DNA of 64,000 nucleotides from a virus: positions 1-64,000 of the IMG/VR virus record IMGVR_UViG_3300042008_000003; one strand, given 5' to 3'. Shown one piece after another: positions 35,011 through 44,562 of this stretch. Under the pieces are notes generated by a model, which did not search any database, was not told where the DNA came from, and saw nothing but the letters and a program-made list of their open reading frames with translations. The number at the start of each line of letters is the position of its first letter. Positions within the stretch are counted from its first letter, which is position 1. Made by a program: the position numbers and the translations under genes.

Positions 35011-36306
35011 GTGCCTGTGAGCGAACTTGACCAGATTGTAAATATTCAAATTACACGAGAGTCTACAGCAGTAGCTACAGCAAGCTTCCAGATTCCTCTT
35101 ATCCTCGCAACCTTTACAAACTTTTCTCAGCGTACTCGTACTTATACAGATATTACCTCACTTGGTGGTGACTTCGCATCAACTAGTAATGTCTACAAAA
35201 TTGGTGCGAAACTGTTTGGTCAATCATCTGTTGGTGCTGTACCTCCTTCCGTTGTTGTAGGTCGTCGCCAAGTAGATACTGTTAATGGTAGTGTTGCTGT
35301 AGCTAACTCGACCACTTATACTCTGACAATTAATGGCACAGCCTATAGCATCACATCTGATGCGTCGGCCACAGCTATTGAAATTGTTGCGGCCTTAGAT
35401 ACCGCGGTAGGCACCCCGGCTGGTATTACCTTCACTGACAATCTTGATGGTACATTTACTGTTTCTCCTACTACACCCGGTAGCCCGTGGAGTCTGACCA
35501 GTTCAAGTAATGTAGTGTTGGTCAATGCTGCCCCTACAGAAGATTGGGTAGAAGCTCTTGAAGCTGTTGAGCAAGAGAATAATGTCTGGTACGGTATTGT
35601 TGCAGAGACTCATGTAGTAGCCGATGTAGAAGCCCTCAGTGATGCCATTAACGCTCGCCGTAAGATTTACGGTACGTCTAGTGCTGACGTAGTTGTTCCT
35701 ACAACTGGTACGACTGATATTGCCACAATTCTAAGTAATAAAACTGCTGACCGTACATATGGTGTTTATCTCCCAACCGCTGATACTGAGTATCCAGAAG
35801 CAGCCTGGATGGGCTCCCAAATGGCATACACTCCAGGTTCAAATGACTGGGACTTTAAGCGTGCTGTCGGTGTAACTGTAAGTAAGATCACTGATACCCA
35901 ACGTGTTAATCTTCGTGCCAAAAACATGAACATGTACACTACAGTTGCTGGTGTGAACATCTTCCAAGATGGTGATACCTTCGGCGGCTCACCCATTGAT
36001 GAAGTTGTAGGTATTGACTGGTTATATGCACGGCTTCAAGAGGGTGTGTACTTCCGTCTAATCAATAGCCTTAAAGTACCAATGACAAATCCAGGTCTGG
36101 CTATTATTGAGAATGAAATCCGCTCTGTACTCTCTCAAGCTGAGGCTAATGGTTTGATTGATCGCGGATGGTCAGTCTCCACCCCAGATGTGTCCACAAT
36201 CCCCGCAAACCTTCGTGCACAACGTACGGCTGGCGTGTTTGTGTTCCGTGCTCGCCTTGCTGGCTCGATTAGACGCATTCAGATCAACGGCTTCTTGTCA
36301 GTATAA
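35011..36306 (+). CDS. tail sheath protein (DUF3383-type)
   Basis: IVNI.I.R, PGS..W.FK...GV, IDEV.GIDWL, AG.I..I.I.G. Confidence 0.88.
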   Translation: MPVSELDQIVNIQITRESTAVATASFQIPLILATFTNFSQRTRTYTDITSLGGDFASTSNVYKIGAKLFGQSSVGAVPPSVVVGRRQVDTVNGSVAVANSTTYTLTINGTAYSITSDASATAIEIVAALDTAVGTPAGITFTDNLDGTFTVSPTTPGSPWSLTSSSNVVLVNAAPTEDWVEALEAVEQENNVWYGIVAETHVVADVEALSDAINARRKIYGTSSADVVVPTTGTTDIATILSNKTADRTYGVYLPTADTEYPEAAWMGSQMAYTPGSNDWDFKRAVGVTVSKITDTQRVNLRAKNMNMYTTVAGVNIFQDGDTFGGSPIDEVVGIDWLYARLQEGVYFRLINSLKVPMTNPGLAIIENEIRSVLSQAEANGLIDRGWSVSTPDVSTIPANLRAQRTAGVFVFRARLAGSIRRIQINGFLSV

Positions 36307-36366
36307 ATACTTTACAGAAAACCTCTTAGATGGTATGATCTCAAGTCATTTTATTTAGGAGGTTTT

Positions 36367-37170
36367 ATGAAGAATTGCTATCTATACAAAATTGTTAATA
36401 AAGTTAATGGTAAGCTATATATTGGAATAACCTCTGACCCTAGAAAAAGAAAACAAAGACATTTTTCTAAAACGGGTCATAGTGCAGTTTCTCTTGTACG
36501 ACTTGCTATGGATAAATATGGAAGAGAGAACTTTTCTTTTGAAATTATCTGTCTTGGAAGTAAAGAATATATTCTTGATCTAGAAGTAAAAGCCATTTCT
36601 CTATACCGGACTTGTGAAAAGAAGTTTGGTTATAATATTAAACCTGGCGGTCAATCAGGGGCTGGCTACATGATAAACGGTAGCAAGAAAGACACCCCGG
36701 TTTTCGTAAGTGGTTGGTGGTTTCCTGTTCGACGTGTAGCAATTAAGGCCCTCAATATTACTACTCATATGTATAAAAACTACCAAAAGAATGGAACTTT
36801 AGGAGATATTGTACGTGGTAAAAGAGGTGCCGTTTATGTGGATGGTAATATTTACTCTCCGGTATATGTTGCTGATTTCTGGTTCACTAATCGTAAAACA
36901 GCCGCAGACAAATTAGGTCTGCCTTATTCCACAGTACAAAATAGAATTTACAAAGGTTTTACTGGAACTAAGAAGGGGCAAAAAGATCAGTACGGGAAAA
37001 ATAATAATTTCTTTGGCGTTGATCCAAAAGACCATCCAAGTTCAGTAGCAGTAATCATTAATGATATTAAATATGATAGTATTAAACAGGCCACGGAAGC
37101 TACGGGGTTTTCTAAATATATTATCAACTCAAGAATAAAAGAAAATCATATTGATTTTCGATACGCATAG
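36367..37170 (+). CDS. GIY-YIG homing endonuclease
   Basis: YLYKIVN.VNGKLYIGIT..P..R...H, KYG.ENF.FEII, GYN. Confidence 0.9.
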   Translation: MKNCYLYKIVNKVNGKLYIGITSDPRKRKQRHFSKTGHSAVSLVRLAMDKYGRENFSFEIICLGSKEYILDLEVKAISLYRTCEKKFGYNIKPGGQSGAGYMINGSKKDTPVFVSGWWFPVRRVAIKALNITTHMYKNYQKNGTLGDIVRGKRGAVYVDGNIYSPVYVADFWFTNRKTAADKLGLPYSTVQNRIYKGFTGTKKGQKDQYGKNNNFFGVDPKDHPSSVAVIINDIKYDSIKQATEATGFSKYIINSRIKENHIDFRYA

Positions 37171-37179
37171 GAAAATCTA

Positions 37180-37710
37180 ATGGCCGATAATTTTATTGGT
37201 AGCTACTCGCCGGATGACTTCACGATTGTACTGTCCAAGGGTAACTTTGTGCATACTATTACTGGGTATGCAGATGGTACTTTTGTTAGTATGGACAGAC
37301 TAGTACCATCTAGTACGCCTTATCAGGGAGTTGGTGGATCGCCATTTGGTCGGGTACGTCGAAGAGTAACAGCTATGAACGTTACTATAACTCTTCACCA
37401 GTATTCACCAAGTAATACTATTCTTCAACAACTACAAATTGCCGACGCTAATACAACTAATAACGATTTTGTATTTAATTGTATGCTCAAAGATCCTAGT
37501 GGGCAGACAGTTGCATCTTCCAATAGCGCAATCATTGTTGCCCCTCCAACAGTACAATTCAGTTCTGATACAAGTACCCGAGACTGGGCTATTTATCTGT
37601 TTGGTTCAGACTTGTTTATTGGTGGTAACATTCCACTGACTGATTCTGAAGTTGCTGCTGTGGAAGCTACTGGCGGTAATGTTGACCCTAGATGGCAGCT
37701 AAACCCATAA
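37180..37710 (+). CDS. tail tube protein (DUF3277-type)
   Basis: YSP....., I.G.ADG.F, TITL.Q.S.SN; follows sheath. Confidence 0.8.
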   Translation: MADNFIGSYSPDDFTIVLSKGNFVHTITGYADGTFVSMDRLVPSSTPYQGVGGSPFGRVRRRVTAMNVTITLHQYSPSNTILQQLQIADANTTNNDFVFNCMLKDPSGQTVASSNSAIIVAPPTVQFSSDTSTRDWAIYLFGSDLFIGGNIPLTDSEVAAVEATGGNVDPRWQLNP

Positions 37711-37716
37711 TTGAAT

Positions 37717-37762
37717 GGGCAGATTTGATCAGATTATAAATCTTATCTGCCCTCTCTTTTTA
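37717..37762 (+). terminator. rho-independent terminator
   Basis: GGGCAGAT...ATCTGCCC then T-rich tract. Confidence 0.5.
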
Positions 37763-37775
37763 TTAAGGAGCTTTT

Positions 37776-38279
37776 ATGGCAGGAATTTTTAACTACTGTC
37801 CTGATGATGTGGTCTGCCTGATTGGTGGGCTTCTTTCTGTAGAAGGTTTTGTAGACGGGACTTTCATATCTATCCGTAAAGACATTCTACCATTCACTTC
37901 TGGTAGAACTTCTGATGGGCAAGTTGGAAGACTCTACCAAAGCGATCAAACTTATACAATTACTTTGACTCTGCATGCTGGCTCTTTTTCTAATGATGTG
38001 CTGACTAAGTTTTGGCAATTAGATGAAATTAGTCAAAGAGGCAAGTTCCCCCTGCTGGTGAAGGATTCCTCTGGATCTGATTTATTCTTTAGTACCAATA
38101 CTTGGATTGAAGGTATTCCTACTCTCTCTAAGAGTGCTTCAGTTGACAGCAGAGTGTGGATCTTAAGAAGTTCTCAAGCAGTTATCAATATTGGCAGTAA
38201 TGCTAATGAGCAAAGTATTATTCAAGATCTTCTGAATATTGCTACAGGTGCACTTCCTATTTTAGAAGGAATCCTATAA
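37776..38279 (+). CDS. tail tube paralog
   Basis: Y.PDD, GF.DGTF.S, TITLTL..GS.SND.L shared with 37180 gene. Confidence 0.72.
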   Translation: MAGIFNYCPDDVVCLIGGLLSVEGFVDGTFISIRKDILPFTSGRTSDGQVGRLYQSDQTYTITLTLHAGSFSNDVLTKFWQLDEISQRGKFPLLVKDSSGSDLFFSTNTWIEGIPTLSKSASVDSRVWILRSSQAVINIGSNANEQSIIQDLLNIATGALPILEGIL

Positions 38280-38776
38280 TGGCTAATAGCTTCACTGTAA
38301 CGACATACTCCCCAAAAGATGTACAATTATCTATTGGTGGGTATCAAATTGTTGGTTGGGATAGTATTTCTATTGCTAGGAGTGTAAAAGGATTTACAAC
38401 AATTAGAGGAATTAGAGGTAAACATACAAGAGTTCCCAATGTGGACACATCTTGCACTATCACAATCCCTTTGATTCAATTCTCTCCTAGTAATGATGTC
38501 CTATCTTATATTCATAAATTAGACTTAGATAGAGGAACAGCCCGCATCTCTCTTACTTTAAAAGATAGATCAGGTGGTAGTGTATATTCATCTAATGAAG
38601 CCTATATTACAGGCTACCCTACAGCAACATACTCTGGACAGTTTGAGTACAGGAGTTGGGAGATTTTTGCACAAACTACCGATACTTACACTGTTGCAGG
38701 CAATACAAGACCATCTACTAGCATCTTTGATAGTATTGTCAATGAAGCTAGTGATTTTGTAAACAATTTAATCTGA
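38279..38776 (+). CDS. tail tube paralog
   Basis: YSP.D, TITI.L.Q.SPSND.L, LKD.SG shared with 37180 gene. Confidence 0.72.
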   Translation: MANSFTVTTYSPKDVQLSIGGYQIVGWDSISIARSVKGFTTIRGIRGKHTRVPNVDTSCTITIPLIQFSPSNDVLSYIHKLDLDRGTARISLTLKDRSGGSVYSSNEAYITGYPTATYSGQFEYRSWEIFAQTTDTYTVAGNTRPSTSIFDSIVNEASDFVNNLI

Positions 38777-38786
38777 GATAAAATAA

Positions 38787-39107
38787 ATGGCAGCTCCACA
38801 ATTTGAACTACCCGAACAAACTACTATCACTCTAGATGATATCGAATATCTTGTACAGGCAATGCCTGCCACAGAGGGTTTGAAGTTCTTAGAGAAACAC
38901 CAAGAATCTATTGATAGTGGTAAAGCAGATTTGAGTCAGATGAAACAAATCATCTGTAAGTATGTTTCTAAGAATAATCGTACTATTACAGCAGAAACTT
39001 TTGACTCTGCTTTCTCCCGTAAGTATGGTCATTTGCAAAAGCTCTACCAAGAAGTTCTTATGTATAACTTCGCTGATGTTTTTCAACAGCCCGATTCAGA
39101 AGAGTAA
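38787..39107 (+). CDS. tail assembly chaperone (G)
   Basis: position between tube genes and tape measure. Confidence 0.75.
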   Translation: MAAPQFELPEQTTITLDDIEYLVQAMPATEGLKFLEKHQESIDSGKADLSQMKQIICKYVSKNNRTITAETFDSAFSRKYGHLQKLYQEVLMYNFADVFQQPDSEE

Positions 39108-39355
39108 AGTCTGGGTCGGGAGATAAAAAGCCTCCTACACCACTTGAGAAGAATATTGATGAAACGTTCTCTCAGTCTTGGCAAATATATAGAATTGCTA
39201 TGCATGAAAAAGGTGGTCTTGAGATAGCTGCACAAATGGATTCTAAGTATTCAACTAGACAGCTTTATAAGATGCTAGAACTACTTGATGTGTATGATGC
39301 ACTTCAAGAACAATATGTGAACCAAGAAAAAGCAAAGAAAACTAAAAATAAATGA
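39080..39355 (+). CDS. tail assembly chaperone extension (GT) reached by -1 frameshift
   Basis: -1 frame open from GTTTTT(39078-83) to TGA 39353-55; 11-bp hairpin 39090-39120. Confidence 0.7.
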   Translation, partial: FSTARFRRVKSGSGDKKPPTPLEKNIDETFSQSWQIYRIAMHEKGGLEIAAQMDSKYSTRQLYKMLELLDVYDALQEQYVNQEKAKKTKNK

Positions 39356-39369
39356 CGGAGTAATGAACA

Positions 39370-41214
39370 TTGCAAATAAGTAAGTACTTCGCAAGTTTAG
39401 GTTTCGACATTGATAAAGCCTCTGTAAAAAGAGTAGATACGGCAATCAACAGACTTGAAGCAAGACTTAAGTCTTTTGGCAATATTGCCAACAAGCCCAT
39501 TACTCTTTCATTGGGTAAATTTGATGTAGACCAAAGACGCTTAAACTTAGCTCTTGGTACAGCACTAGATATTGCGTCAGCCAGGACCACCTTTCAAATC
39601 TCAAGATTTGTCGTAGACCAGAACTATCTTAATAGGGCTATGGTTGCTGCAACCACACAAGCTAGTAGAGTTGCAAGTCAATCAGCTACGATTAGGCCTA
39701 ATGTACATGCGCAAGGTGCTGGTGTCACTGGAAGACATGCTGCTGTTGCTGGTGGTATTGCTGGTGGTATATCAAGACTTTATGGACCAGCTTTAGCACT
39801 AGGGTTGGGCGGGTATGGTCTAGGGGCTTTAAACCAAAGAAACCAGCAAGTTGTTAGTGCTCAATTACAGTCGAGTGCAGTTGTACAACAAGCTGGTGGA
39901 ACTGCCGAGCAAGGTCAAGCATCTTTTGAATATCTTCGTAGTGAAGGTAATAGGATTGGCTTTAATTACCTTGATGCTTCTCAAGACTACAACAAACTTA
40001 TCTCAGGTTTGACAGGCGCAGGGTTTGGTGTAAAAGATAGCCAAAAAGTATTCTCGGGGTTTGCTGAGTTATCCCGTGTAAACAAACTAGATAAAGTTAC
40101 TCAGAATAGATTGTTTAGAGCTTTGTCTCAAGTTGCAGGCAAAGATCAGTTAATGGCTGAGGAATTGACAGGCCAAATCGCAGAAGCGCTTCCCGGAGGC
40201 GTTGCTTTATTTGCTCAGGCATATAAAAGGCAGACAGGACAAGATCTTGGGCTTGGTGATGTGAGTGCAAACAGTTCTGCTGATATCAAAAGGTTACTTG
40301 CAGCAACTAAAAATAGGGAAGTCCGAGGCGAGATTCTCATTGCAGCAGGGCAAATTGCATCTGAAAGAGCAAATAAAGGTGGGGCATTAACAGCCGCCTC
40401 AACAGCCTCACAGGCCGAACAAGCTAGGTATCAGAACACAGTAAATGACCTCGCAGTTGTAGCCTCAAACTCAGGAGTAGAAGAAGGTTTTGCCCGTATT
40501 TTCCGTACCTTAAATGGTGGGTTGAGTGAAAGCAATGGCCTAGTAAGGACTCTATCTGAGCAGTTCAATGAGGCTACCAAATTTGCCGATGATTTACTTC
40601 TTTTTCCGCAATCTTTCATTAGGGCATTGGAAGGTAAAGACAGTCTTGTAGCTGACTTCCTTGGTATTGAGCAGACTTCTCAACTTATTGAAGACTGGAA
40701 AACAATTCAAGGTCTTTTTACAAGTATTGGCTCAATCAAGTTTGACTTTCTACCTACACTAGAAGCTACAGCAAGAGAAATAGCTGCAATCATTAATACA
40801 ATTGCTGAGTTTCAGAATTGGAAAAATAACTTACTGGCTTCCCCCTCTCAACAGCAAGATGTAAGCTTTATTGACAGACCAATCACTGCAACTTATCAGA
40901 CGCTTGGTAGACTTTTCGGTGGTACTGGTGATGCTATTGATAGATCGCAAGAGAGAGGTAATGCTGTTTATGGAAACCCTGACTCAGCTTTTTATCAGAA
41001 CCCTTCAGATTATGATGATAATCTGAAAAACATGCTAGCAGACTTAGCAAATCAGCAAAAGTCTCAATCTCTAACAACATCGGTTAGTCTAACCATTAGT
41101 GTAGATCCTATTACTCTGGCTAATATGGATGTTGCAGCCCAGGCTGAAGACCTTGGCAATAGACTAGTAACAATGTTTGAACAAGTTAATGTGAACTTCC
41201 CAGTAGGAGAGTAA
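39370..41214 (+). CDS. tape measure protein
   Basis: FRALSQV.GK..LMAEEL.GQI.E.LPG tape-measure motif; Ala/Gln-rich. Confidence 0.88.
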   Translation: MQISKYFASLGFDIDKASVKRVDTAINRLEARLKSFGNIANKPITLSLGKFDVDQRRLNLALGTALDIASARTTFQISRFVVDQNYLNRAMVAATTQASRVASQSATIRPNVHAQGAGVTGRHAAVAGGIAGGISRLYGPALALGLGGYGLGALNQRNQQVVSAQLQSSAVVQQAGGTAEQGQASFEYLRSEGNRIGFNYLDASQDYNKLISGLTGAGFGVKDSQKVFSGFAELSRVNKLDKVTQNRLFRALSQVAGKDQLMAEELTGQIAEALPGGVALFAQAYKRQTGQDLGLGDVSANSSADIKRLLAATKNREVRGEILIAAGQIASERANKGGALTAASTASQAEQARYQNTVNDLAVVASNSGVEEGFARIFRTLNGGLSESNGLVRTLSEQFNEATKFADDLLLFPQSFIRALEGKDSLVADFLGIEQTSQLIEDWKTIQGLFTSIGSIKFDFLPTLEATAREIAAIINTIAEFQNWKNNLLASPSQQQDVSFIDRPITATYQTLGRLFGGTGDAIDRSQERGNAVYGNPDSAFYQNPSDYDDNLKNMLADLANQQKSQSLTTSVSLTISVDPITLANMDVAAQAEDLGNRLVTMFEQVNVNFPVGE

Positions 41215-41215
41215 T

Positions 41216-42013
41216 ATGTCTTTAGCCCTACGTTGGGGAAATGATAATGAGGAGGGTGGTGGCTTTATCTATATGGATTCTGTCACTGCCTACACTCAGA
41301 ATTATTCAGGTAAAGTTACTTCCCACCCTGTAGATGGTGGTGCTAATATCTCTGATCACTTTATTAAAGATAACACTAAGATTACTATTAGTGCTGTTAT
41401 CACAGGTGTAGATATTTCCACAGGGACTTATCTTATTCAAGATTTGGTTGGTAATGCTCCCTCTAACAGTGAGCAGGCCCCTAATGCTGTATCAGTTAAT
41501 TCCACAGACCAAAGCGTTCTAAAGAAATTTATTCCTGATAGTATTGGACAGTTCTTACCGGACAGCACACCAGAAGTTTTTGTTGATAGTAGACGTACGG
41601 ATCTCCTTGAACAGATCAGGCAAGCATTAATTGACTTAACTTCTGGGGTGCTCTTTAATGAAAAGACCAGACAGTTTGACCCTAATATTCAAGTAGTTCG
41701 TTTATTTGAATATGATAAGACATTACTTCGTAAATTTATTAATAACTTAGTAATGACCAATCTTATTTTCAAGGAAGATCCTAATACAGGATATGGTCTT
41801 TATTGTGATATGACTTTTGAGCAGATTACTTTTGCTTTCTTAAAGAAGACAACCATCCCCAAAGATATTGTAAATTCTCTCAAGAAGAAAGCATCTGATA
41901 AATCTTCTAAAGGTAAACAAGATAGTACCCCCCAGAATGTTGACGGTACTAATGCAGGAAGTAATGCTCCTAAAGATACAGACCCACTAAGGCAGGCAAG
42001 AGAAAATGGTTGA
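41216..42013 (+). CDS. baseplate/tail initiator (Dit-like)
   Basis: VTSHPV..G..ISDH motif; after tape measure. Confidence 0.72.
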   Translation: MSLALRWGNDNEEGGGFIYMDSVTAYTQNYSGKVTSHPVDGGANISDHFIKDNTKITISAVITGVDISTGTYLIQDLVGNAPSNSEQAPNAVSVNSTDQSVLKKFIPDSIGQFLPDSTPEVFVDSRRTDLLEQIRQALIDLTSGVLFNEKTRQFDPNIQVVRLFEYDKTLLRKFINNLVMTNLIFKEDPNTGYGLYCDMTFEQITFAFLKKTTIPKDIVNSLKKKASDKSSKGKQDSTPQNVDGTNAGSNAPKDTDPLRQARENG

Positions 42014-42335
42014 TAAGTATATTTCGCTGCCTTTGTTTGCTGATCCTTACTATTCTTATCCTATTGCCTTGCAAGGTAACTCTTATATTTTAGAGTTTAT
42101 CTATAACGAAAGAACTCAACTTTATTCGTTGAGTTTATACGATTCTGAAAGTAATCCAATAGTTTTAGGTGAAGCCTTAGTTCCTAATTATCCAATATTT
42201 AAAGATTATGCAATCTTCCCTCTTACTGGATTCTTCTGGATGGAAGAGAAAGCGGATATACTTAGTGAGCCCTATAAAGTGTATCCCGATTCTTTGGATC
42301 AGTACTATTCAATGTATTACATGTATTCTGAGTGA
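42006..42335 (+). CDS. baseplate plug-like virion protein
   Basis: L.G..Y...F.YN.R...Y.L.L.D; position. Confidence 0.65.
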   Translation: MVDKYISLPLFADPYYSYPIALQGNSYILEFIYNERTQLYSLSLYDSESNPIVLGEALVPNYPIFKDYAIFPLTGFFWMEEKADILSEPYKVYPDSLDQYYSMYYMYSE

Positions 42336-42340
42336 GCTAA

Positions 42341-43237
42341 ATGGAACTTAACCTAAGACAATCAAATCGACAGTATGAACTGATAATTGGTGACTCCCAA
42401 ACTGGCGATGGTCTTAGTATAACGGACCTTCAAGTACAATTTGATATCAGTAAAAGTACAGATAACAAGAAACGTACTAACTCAGCATCTATTGAAGTTA
42501 CAAACCTTTCCCTTGAACATCTCAAAGCCTTAGACACAGATTATCCAGCCGCTGCCTTCTCTGCTGGGTATCTTGATACAGGTGGACCGAAACGTTTATT
42601 TGGTGGGCAAGTTACCCACGTAAGTACACGCAAGTCTGGTACAGACAGAGTTACACAGATTACTCTTGGATCGGGTTACACTGAGATAAATCACCAAGTG
42701 TTATCTAGTATTGTTGCTCCCGGACAAACTGTCAGAGAAGTTGCTGAGACTTTGAGACAAGCCCTCCCAGGCGTCTCTCGCGGTGTTTACAATGGCACTA
42801 ATCTGAACAATGAGATTCTTTATGGCTACCCTTTGATGGGTACTCCTAAAGAGATGTTAGATGAGTTATCTAATAAGTATGCATTGGATTGGCAGGTTGA
42901 CGACGATACTTTGTATATTCATGACAATGATAGGGCAACTACAGAGAACTTTCAAGAAGCTTATGTAATCTCAAAGTATACAGGTCTTGTAGAAAGTGCC
43001 TACAGGGTATCTGGAGATAGACAACGGTCTACTAAAGATAAGGCCAAGAAGCCTAGTATTCAGATGAAAGTGTTGCTCAATCCTGATATTAAGGCTGGGG
43101 ATATTATTCGTCTTGAAGATACCTTAATTACTGGATGGCTTAGGGTTGATTCCCTCAGGCACACAGGAGGATGGCGTTCAGCAAACTGGTACACTGAGAT
43201 CAAAGCATCTAGCTTAGAAAAGGTTATAAAGTCTTGA
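42341..43237 (+). CDS. baseplate hub
   Basis: F.I.K, N.A.I...NL, AGY, F.G.V, LLNP.I; position. Confidence 0.75.
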   Translation: MELNLRQSNRQYELIIGDSQTGDGLSITDLQVQFDISKSTDNKKRTNSASIEVTNLSLEHLKALDTDYPAAAFSAGYLDTGGPKRLFGGQVTHVSTRKSGTDRVTQITLGSGYTEINHQVLSSIVAPGQTVREVAETLRQALPGVSRGVYNGTNLNNEILYGYPLMGTPKEMLDELSNKYALDWQVDDDTLYIHDNDRATTENFQEAYVISKYTGLVESAYRVSGDRQRSTKDKAKKPSIQMKVLLNPDIKAGDIIRLEDTLITGWLRVDSLRHTGGWRSANWYTEIKASSLEKVIKS

Positions 43238-43247
43238 GGAGTTTAAA

Positions 43248-44024
43248 GTGACAGCAGAAGCTATTCAAGATGTATTAGTATCTTCTTTCCAAAGTCAGAT
43301 GCAGAATGTCCATACAATCTTACCATGTATTGTTGTTGGTGTAAGAGATGGCTTAAATGGGCAGATGGTTGATATTCAACCCACCATTAATCAGAAGTAT
43401 CAGGATGGCACTGTTAAAGAACGACCACCAATTCTAGGTGTTCCTGTAGCATTTCAAGTATCTAAGAAAGCTGGGTTTACTTTCCCAATTGAAGTTGGGG
43501 ATACAGGCACAGCCCTGTTCTCAATGAGAAACATGGATGCTTGGAAGTCTGGTAATGGTAGACCATCTACCCCAGCAAACTTCGCTAAGATGGATAAGGG
43601 AGACGCTATTTTCCTCCCTGGAATCCAACCTCCAGGGATTGCTGTGAACAATCCAGCAAAACATATCTTAGCACATGATACTAAGGACACTGTTTTATTC
43701 GCTAATCTTGGTGGTGTTGAGAGCGAAGTGAGGTTGAAAGTTGATGGTAGTGTTGAAATAAATACTTCCAGTCAACCAGTGGTTATTAACTGCTCGCAGG
43801 CCACAATTAATGCCTCTGAAAGTATTAACCTAAACACTCCCTCAATGGTTGTGGATGCTCAAAATACCCAATGGATAGGGAATATCAATCTTCAAGGAAA
43901 TCTTGTACAGATTGGTAATTATACACTTACTGGTGTTGCCACCTTCAACGGCATCCCGTTCGACACACACAAACACCTCGGGGTCCAAACCGGGAGTGGA
44001 ACTTCGGGTAATCCTACAGCTTAA
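43248..44024 (+). CDS. baseplate spike (gpV/gp45-like)
   Basis: VDIQP, FPI..GD.G, C-terminal H.H.GV..G. Confidence 0.85.
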   Translation: MTAEAIQDVLVSSFQSQMQNVHTILPCIVVGVRDGLNGQMVDIQPTINQKYQDGTVKERPPILGVPVAFQVSKKAGFTFPIEVGDTGTALFSMRNMDAWKSGNGRPSTPANFAKMDKGDAIFLPGIQPPGIAVNNPAKHILAHDTKDTVLFANLGGVESEVRLKVDGSVEINTSSQPVVINCSQATINASESINLNTPSMVVDAQNTQWIGNINLQGNLVQIGNYTLTGVATFNGIPFDTHKHLGVQTGSGTSGNPTA

Positions 44025-44035
44025 GGTGATGAATA

Positions 44036-44410
44036 ATGGACTTCAAATTAGACCCTCTTGAGCATGACATTCTCTGGAAAAACGGACCTTTGACCAAAGA
44101 TTGTACCACTCAACCCTACACTGAAACAGTTGGTCAACGATTAAAGATTAGACTTCTAACATTCATGGGTGAATGGTTTCTTGATACAACATATGGCGTC
44201 CCGTACTGGCAGAGATTGTTAGGTATCAAGCAAACATCTAAGGCTGCTATTGACCTTATATTTCAACAACAAATCTTAGCAGAGTCCGGAGTAAAAGAGA
44301 TTGTAAGCTTTGATTCCACTTTTAAAAACAGACAATATTCACTTAGTTTTAGGGTGAAGGTTGTTACAGGTCAGATCACAGCACCTATTATTGTTCAGCC
44401 GGTTAATTAA
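44036..44410 (+). CDS. baseplate wedge subunit (gp25/DUF2634-like)
   Basis: QRLKIRL..F.GEWFLD...GVPY. Confidence 0.8.
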   Translation: MDFKLDPLEHDILWKNGPLTKDCTTQPYTETVGQRLKIRLLTFMGEWFLDTTYGVPYWQRLLGIKQTSKAAIDLIFQQQILAESGVKEIVSFDSTFKNRQYSLSFRVKVVTGQITAPIIVQPVN

Positions 44411-44453
44411 TACCCTCTGTACAGACAAGTAACCAAATTCTTAAGGAAATAAA

Positions 44454-44558
44454 ATGGCGGGTATTTCTGACCAAGGCTTTACAATTAAAAGAATGACAGA
44501 GATACTTTCAGACTTACGTGCTGAAGCTACCTCTTTATTTCAAGATTGTGAGGAGTAG
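44454..44558 (+). pseudogene. orphaned 5' end of baseplate J gene
   Basis: AAGGA RBS; MAGISDQGFTIKRMTEILSDLRAEATSLFQD shares 22/31 aa with the N-terminus of 45489..46931. Confidence 0.8.
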
Positions 44559-44562
44559 CAAA

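Noticed and set aside
44518-44562. GTG start given in the ORF track
   Set aside because: Overlaps the baseplate stub; ATG 44563 has a GAGGAG RBS
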